A stretch of 47,997 bases of DNA from an uncultured Ilumatobacter sp. (GTDB taxonomy: Bacteria > Actinomycetota > Acidimicrobiia > Acidimicrobiales > Ilumatobacteraceae): the NCBI GenBank assembly GCA_938049325.1, contig CALICC010000096.1, forward strand, positions 1-47,997. The letters run 5' to 3'. Positions 46,341 through 47,997 of the stretch are shown here, one piece after another. Position numbers and translations under genes: made by a program. Every line of letters begins with the position of its first letter. The stretch's first letter is position 1. The notes beneath the pieces were generated by a model, which made no database searches, was not told the origin of the DNA, and saw nothing but the letters and a program-made list of their open reading frames with translations.

Positions 46341-47351
46341 ATGCAGGAGTTCTCATCGGTTACCGCTTCCTCGTACGACGCGGAGTCACTCGCTCCGATG
46401 CTGACGGAGAAGGCCAGCGAAGGCTGGTCGGTCGTCAGCATCGTGTCCGCGGGCACGAACGTTGTTGCCTATCTCACGCGAGGTGGCGACAGCGGTGCGG
46501 CGTCGGCGACGACCGCAGCGGCCGTGGTTGCCGCAACCACGTCGAGTTCCGATGCTCCGGCAGCGGCCGACGCATCGACCGACGTCGCAGAAGCTGCACC
46601 GTCCGAGGCACCCGCCGCCGACGTGGCGAACGACTGGTCGAGCGGGGCAACCGACGAAGTCGTTGCCGCCGAGGCCGATCCTGTCATCCCCGCCGATGCC
46701 ACCGCGATTTCACCCACGCTGCCCGGCGATGCCGACGCTCCCGCAGCCGACCCGGTCGACGAGGCCGCGGCCGCGGAAGCCGCAGCTGCGGTCGAAGCAG
46801 CCGGCGAACCTTCCGGTTGGGGAGCCGCTCCTGACAATGCAGCCGACACCGCTGTTGATGCCGCTGGCGATGCAACCGCTGCTGTCGCCGACGCCGGAAG
46901 CACTGCCGCTGCCGGAATCGCCGACCAGGCTGGCGCAGCCGTCGGTGGCGTGACCGGCGCCGCTGCCGGACTCACCGGCGATGCGTCGAGTGTGCTCGGC
47001 GATGTCGGCGAGCAGACGAGTGAAGTCGTCGGGAGCGCCACTGCTGGTGTCACCGACGCCGCAGCCGCGGCGACCGAGTCAGCGACCGACGTTGCAGCCG
47101 GTGCCACCGAGGCCGCCACCGACGCCGCTGCCGATGCAACGGCGGGTGCAGCCGACGCTGCAGCCGGAGCAACCGATGCCGCAGCCGGCGCCGCCGATGC
47201 TGCCGCTGGCGCGACCGATGCCGCGGGTGTTCCCGCTGGTTGGTACGCCGATCCGTCAGGGCGCTTCGAGCTGCGCTACTGGGACGGCAGCGCGTGGACC
47301 GAGCACGTCAGCCGTGCGGGCCAGCAATACACCGACCCGCCCGTCGCCTGA
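46341..47351 (+). CDS. DUF2510 domain protein with long Ala/Asp-rich linker
   Basis: C-terminal PAGWYADPSGRFELRYWDGSAWTEH; short N-terminal domain with EGWSVVSIV; GA[A/T]DAAA heptad repeats. Confidence 0.85.
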   Translation: MQEFSSVTASSYDAESLAPMLTEKASEGWSVVSIVSAGTNVVAYLTRGGDSGAASATTAAAVVAATTSSSDAPAAADASTDVAEAAPSEAPAADVANDWSSGATDEVVAAEADPVIPADATAISPTLPGDADAPAADPVDEAAAAEAAAAVEAAGEPSGWGAAPDNAADTAVDAAGDATAAVADAGSTAAAGIADQAGAAVGGVTGAAAGLTGDASSVLGDVGEQTSEVVGSATAGVTDAAAAATESATDVAAGATEAATDAAADATAGAADAAAGATDAAAGAADAAAGATDAAGVPAGWYADPSGRFELRYWDGSAWTEHVSRAGQQYTDPPVA

Positions 47352-47355
47352 TCCC

Positions 47356-47466
47356 CTTCAGACGGACCAGCTTTCCCAGAGGCTGCGTACCTCGAGCTCC
47401 TCGGTGACGACCAGTCACCGTCGTCGCCGAGCGCCTTGCCTCCGAAAACCGTGATCCCGTCTGAAG
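47356..47466 (-). repeat. Structured hairpin element, copy A (REP-like or ncRNA candidate)
   Basis: Closing stem CTTCAGACGG/CCGTCTGAAG; minus-strand core GGAGGCAAGGCG...TACGCAGCCTCT around an inner 12-bp hairpin. Confidence 0.65.
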
Positions 47467-47479
47467 ACCCAAAGAACTG

Positions 47480-47521
47480 AAGAGCAGCAGCCGCGCAAGC
47501 AGCTGCTGCTCTTTCGTTGTT
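47480..47521 (+). terminator. Putative intrinsic terminator
   Basis: 12-bp stem AAGAGCAGCAGC/GCTGCTGCTCTT followed by T-rich TCGTTGTT. Confidence 0.7.
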
Positions 47522-47554
47522 CAGCGTTGTTCAGGGTTGTTCAGCGTTGCTCAG
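47515..47554. repeat. 10-bp tandem repeat (C/G)GTTG(T/C)TCAG x4
   Basis: CGTTGTTCAG CGTTGTTCAG GGTTGTTCAG CGTTGCTCAG. Confidence 0.85.
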
Positions 47555-47658
47555 GGTGCGGACTGGGCGGGGAGGGCAAGGCGCGCAGTGAGGAAGTTGC
47601 CTCTCGGCAACGACGAACCTGCGGAACGCAGCCATCGCCGTTCAGGCCGTATCCTGAG
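47550..47658 (+). repeat. Structured hairpin element, copy B (REP-like or ncRNA candidate)
   Basis: Closing stem CTCAGGGTGCGG/CCGTATCCTGAG with G.U pairs; core GGCAAGGCG (47575)...AACGCAGCC (47625); inner CGCAG/CTGCG and GTTGCC/GGCAAC stems. Confidence 0.65.
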
Positions 47659-47661
47659 AGG

Positions 47662-47997
47662 GTGAAGGTGACGTCGATCGGCCATGCAGGAATGCTCATC
47701 GAGACCTCCGCCGGGTCGATTCTGTGTGACCCCTGGTTCGAGCCGGCGTTCTTCGGGTCGTGGTTCCCGTTCCCACGCAACGACCAGCTGAGTTCGGAGC
47801 TGCAGGAGCGAATCGAGAACGCCGACTACCTGTACGTGTCGCACCTTCACGGTGACCACCACGACGAGGCATGGTTGCGTGACCACCTGCGTCGCGACAT
47901 CCCGATTCTGCTCCCCGGCTTTCCGACGCGCGAGCAGCAGCGCACACTCGCTGCGCTCGGCTTCACCAATTTCATCCGCACCGACGACACCGTCGAG
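47662..47997 (+). CDS. Partial MBL-fold protein, Rv3818/MSMEG_6410-like (typically carries a C-terminal Rieske domain)
   Basis: GTG 47662 after GAGAGG; MKVTSIGHAGMLIET...ILCDPW...FFGSWFPFP...YLYVSHLHGDH. Runs off the window; absent from the ORF track. Confidence 0.82.
   Translation, partial: MKVTSIGHAGMLIETSAGSILCDPWFEPAFFGSWFPFPRNDQLSSELQERIENADYLYVSHLHGDHHDEAWLRDHLRRDIPILLPGFPTREQQRTLAALGFTNFIRTDDTVE

Noticed and set aside
47356-47658. tRNA, 5S rRNA, SRP or 6S RNA
   Set aside because: No cloverleaf or T-loop/CCA, no 5S or SRP conserved motifs seen, and each unit is short for 6S. Kept as an unclassified structured element.

Overview
High-GC, gene-dense bacterial DNA; the gene content suggests an actinobacterium, plausibly Acidimicrobiia/Ilumatobacter-like (inference). 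I found no rRNA, tRNA, transposase, integrase, prophage or CRISPR array. In order: (1) a ~17 kb catabolic-type cluster (253-17324) with two divergent Rieske oxygenase alpha subunits, a Rieske ferredoxin, two acyl-CoA ligases, an acyl-CoA dehydrogenase, three SnoaL/NTF2 proteins, two VOC proteins, two SDRs, an EcKinase/APH-like kinase, a nitroreductase, a ThuA-like protein, and a phospho-His 'PEP-utiliser' that lacks an ATP-grasp domain and is coupled to two DUF202 membrane proteins; (2) a STAND-LuxR regulator, a DUF4242 protein and an orphan regulator domain; (3) DUF899-YciI divergent from ArsR-SRPBCC; (4) a polyol ABC transporter divergent from mannitol dehydrogenase-DeoR-inositol monophosphatase; (5) serine hydrolase, Trm11-like methyltransferase and an APH-like kinase; (6) phnY-phnZ convergent with an NPP/alkaline-phosphatase-superfamily gene; (7) a penicillin-acylase-family lipoprotein, SDR, pheA, a TlpA-like protein, an ABC pair, a DUF2510 protein and a truncated MBL-fold gene. 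Notable non-coding structure includes two divergent ~110-nt hairpin elements sharing a GGCAAGGCG...ACGCAGCC core (47356-47658), a 35-bp direct repeat with terminal inverted ends, and several short tandem repeats and operator-like palindromes. The best candidates for undescribed systems are the mirrored Rieske/SnoaL/CoA-ligase cluster, the ATP-grasp-less phospho-His enzyme with DUF202 pair, the STAND-DUF4242-orphan domain module, and the paired structured elements. All family calls come from motif recognition by eye; no database searches were run.
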